A stretch of DNA of 64,000 bases from Pseudogymnoascus verrucosus (lineage: Eukaryota), in the NCBI GenBank assembly GCA_001662655.1, contig KV460228.1. One strand, 5' to 3'. The position numbers and the translations under genes are program-made. The notes beneath the pieces were generated by a model that worked only from the letters and a program-made list of their open reading frames with translations, had not been told where the DNA came from and ran no database searches. Positions within the stretch are counted from its first letter, which is position 1. Each line of letters starts with the position of its first letter. Of the stretch, positions 62,690 to 64,000 are shown piece by piece.

Positions 62690-64000
62690 ATGGCAACAGA
62701 AAAGGTCGTCCCGACTGAGCATGAGCTCCAAGGACTTGACCTGAGCAACCCTGAGGTTATCGAGCTCATCCACCATGCGCAAGAGAGCGATGCAGCCGAC
62801 CGCCAGTTGACGGTGCGCCAGGCCTTGAAGAAGTATAAGAAGGCTGTCTTCTGGGCCATGTTCTTGTCTACTAGTCTCATTATGGAGGGATATGATCTTG
62901 TCATTGTCAGTAGCGCTTCCTGAATCATTGATTGACTTCTCCGTTTATTTAGAATGGTCGCCCTAATGTCTCCTACAGATCACTTCATTTTACGCCCAGT
63001 CACAGTTCCAAAACCGATTTGGCTCATTCGACGAAACATCGGGAACGAACCTCATTACTCCCGCCTGGCAATCGGGTCTGTCTAACTCAGCTGTTGTTGG
63101 CCAACTTGCTGGGCTGTTGGTGAACGCATACTGCCAAGACCGATTTGGTTGTCGAGTAACCATGATGATTTTCATGGGGTGGATGACAGTGACGATCTTT
63201 ATCCCTTTTTTTGCGCCGTCGCTGTCCGTCTTAGCCTTTGGGGAGGCGATGTGTGGTATTTCGTGGGGTGTCTTCCAGGTACGCCTCGACTTGACTTGCA
63301 GAGCGCAGTAACCCGGCTAATATTGTTATTACCATCTAGACCCTCTCTACAGCATACGCTTCCGAGGTCGTTCCCACTGTCCTCCGACCGTATGTCACCG
63401 CCTATGTCTGCATGTGCTGGGGTGCCGGTATTCTCCTCTCCTCTGGTGTCGTCCGAGCCGTAGCAGGCGTTGAGGGCGATCTCGCTTGGCGTCTCCCGTT
63501 CGCCCTCCAATGGGTCTGGCCCATCCCTCTAATGATTGGCGCATACCTCGCCCCTGAATCTCCCTGGAATTCAGTCCGGCGAGACAAGGTGGATGAGGCA
63601 AGAGAAAGCCTGATGCGTCTTCGCGAAGATTCGCCAGATAGAGAGCGGGAAGTGAACGCAACACTGGCATATATCAGGCATACGACGGCTCTAGAGAAAG
63701 CCGAGACGGGTGATGCAAGCTTCTGGGAGTGTTTCCATGGAACTAATCTTCGACGAACTGAAATAGTAATCATGCCCCCTTTCCATCACGCCGCGTCGGG
63801 AATGTGTAACTGACTATTTCTCTTTTATTTTAGAACTGCGTAGTGTGGGCCGCCCAAATCCTTTGCGGCAATGCCATCCTTGGCTACTCTGTCCTCTTTC
63901 TCCGCGCTGCGGGGTTTTCTGAAATCCAGGCGTTCAACATCAACATCTCCCTTTCCGCATGCTACATTGTCGGCGGCGTAATTTGCTGGTTTCTGTTTCC
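62690..64000 (+). CDS. Maltose/alpha-glucoside permease-like MFS sugar porter (3' partial)
   Basis: LTVRQALKKYKKAVFWA, MEGYD, WQSGLSN, DRFGCR, YASEVVPTVLRPY, WRLPFALQWVWP, APESPW and GTNLRRTEI; runs off the window. Confidence 0.92.

Noticed and set aside
1..64000. tRNA, rRNA, snRNA, telomerase RNA or TPP riboswitch
   Set aside because: I found no convincing signature by eye; tRNAscan-SE and Infernal would be needed to exclude them.

Overview
Intron-containing fungal genomic DNA (filamentous ascomycete; a Leotiomycete-like origin is my inference only). About 24 protein-coding loci are readable. The left part has a partial orphan gene and then about 11.5 kb with no credible CDS upstream of a vosA-type velvet regulator. 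Next come MUS81 head-to-head with phosphoacetylglucosamine mutase, an F-box gene with one in-frame stop, a divergent P450/methyltransferase pair and a 657-bp RIP-decayed non-autonomous hAT transposon with intact TIRs and an 8-bp TSD. These are followed by riboflavin synthase, a GH5 mannanase, an NRAMP transporter, orphan and secreted proteins, and a beta-propeller phytase. The right 19 kb holds two adjacent putative carbon-catabolic clusters, each with its own transcription factor and its own shared promoter motif. Cluster A: pseudogenised flavocytochrome b2-like gene, quinate-permease-family transporter, DHDPS-family aldolase, Zn2Cys6 factor and ribokinase, linked by (TCGCS)n elements that include an exact 15-bp match. 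Cluster B: hybrid C2H2+Zn2Cys6 factor, intracellular GH127 and alpha-glucoside-type permease, linked by an exact 12-bp ACCCCACCGGAG element. Exon boundaries were called by eye and family assignments come from recognised motifs, not database searches.
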